Of a DNA stretch of 64,000 nucleotides, positions 63,765 to 64,000 are shown piece after piece. Position 1 is the first letter of the stretch; each line of letters starts with the position of its first letter. The translations under genes and the position numbers were made by a program. The DNA is from Candidatus Woesearchaeota archaeon (GTDB lineage Archaea > Nanobdellota > Nanobdellia > Pacearchaeales > GW2011-AR1): the NCBI GenBank assembly GCA_964573625.1, contig CAZNJU010000001.1:673510-737509 (forward strand). The letters are read 5' to 3'. Under the pieces are notes generated by a model. It saw nothing but the letters and a program-made list of their open reading frames with translations. It was not told the DNA's origin and did not search any database.

Positions 63765-64000
63765 CTATGAGACCCCTTTGTAATATTTCTCTTGATTTTT
63801 CGTGCTTCAATTTCAGTTTCACGAAGAATAAGCATATCTCCAACACGTACAGGTCCTTTAACATTACGTCTAATGGAACGACCTTTATTTCTTCCATCAA
63901 GAATATTGACTTTTACCTGGGTAACTTCTCCACGAGCACCTGTGCGTCCTAAGAATTCTTCAACAATAGCAGGAACAGGAGGATCGTTAGATAATTTAGT
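63765..64000 (-). CDS. rps28e: 30S ribosomal protein S28e (5' end runs off the window)
   Basis: hand-translated minus strand: ...[69 protein letters not shown]. Confidence 0.85.

Noticed and set aside
63749-63952. Plus-strand track ORF of 67 aa
   Set aside because: It is antisense to the clearly recognisable rps28e coding sequence.

Overview
This 64 kb window is an AT-rich, gene-dense segment of an archaeal chromosome. The evidence for archaeal origin is the translation factors aIF2-gamma and aIF5B, r-proteins S6e, L24e and S28e, a split two-subunit transketolase, and a gyrB-gyrA operon immediately downstream of the S28e-L24e pair. The unusual AT-rich, reduced-genome, envelope-heavy character is compatible with a DPANN-like or other uncultivated archaeon, but this is inference only. 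I found no rRNA, tRNA, CRISPR array or transposase.

Housekeeping genes include cysS, dus, a dihydroorotase-like amidohydrolase, glycerate 2-kinase, an FAD-linked oxidase, a PMM/PGM-family mutase, SufS-like cysteine desulfurase, msrB, mscL, TrhO, an RbgA-like GTPase, a nitroreductase, NUDIX, an ABC-2 exporter and a LemA-TPM pair.

Interleaved with these is a notable set of cell-envelope genes:
- Four giant surface proteins (1558, 2066, 817 and 515 aa) that are rich in NxS/T sequons, carry Gly/Ser linkers and end in a C-terminal TM anchor. One carries a collagenase-type (M9-like) HEXXH...E zinc-peptidase domain. One carries PKD, FN3, Cys-containing B-repeats, a GH5-like domain and about 14 FG-GAP blades.
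- A recurring two-gene module: a membrane-anchored protein with extracellular cytochrome-b5-like (HPGG) domains followed by a small DoxX-like 4-TM protein. It occurs twice, and there is an additional tandem DoxX pair.
- A Kazal-like Cys-rich secreted protein directly upstream of the largest gene.

Other notable items:
- Two paralogous RGG-rich C4 zinc-ribbon proteins, one directly abutting a cold-shock-domain gene.
- A Zn-ribbon, Lys-rich small protein translationally coupled between gyrB and gyrA.
- A UvrD-type helicase fused to a Cas4/AddB-like Fe-S nuclease.
- An aIF2-gamma lacking the usual zinc-knuckle cysteines.

My candidate for an undescribed system is the cyt-b5-like plus DoxX extracytoplasmic redox module, together with the surrounding giant adhesin/hydrolase surface proteins.
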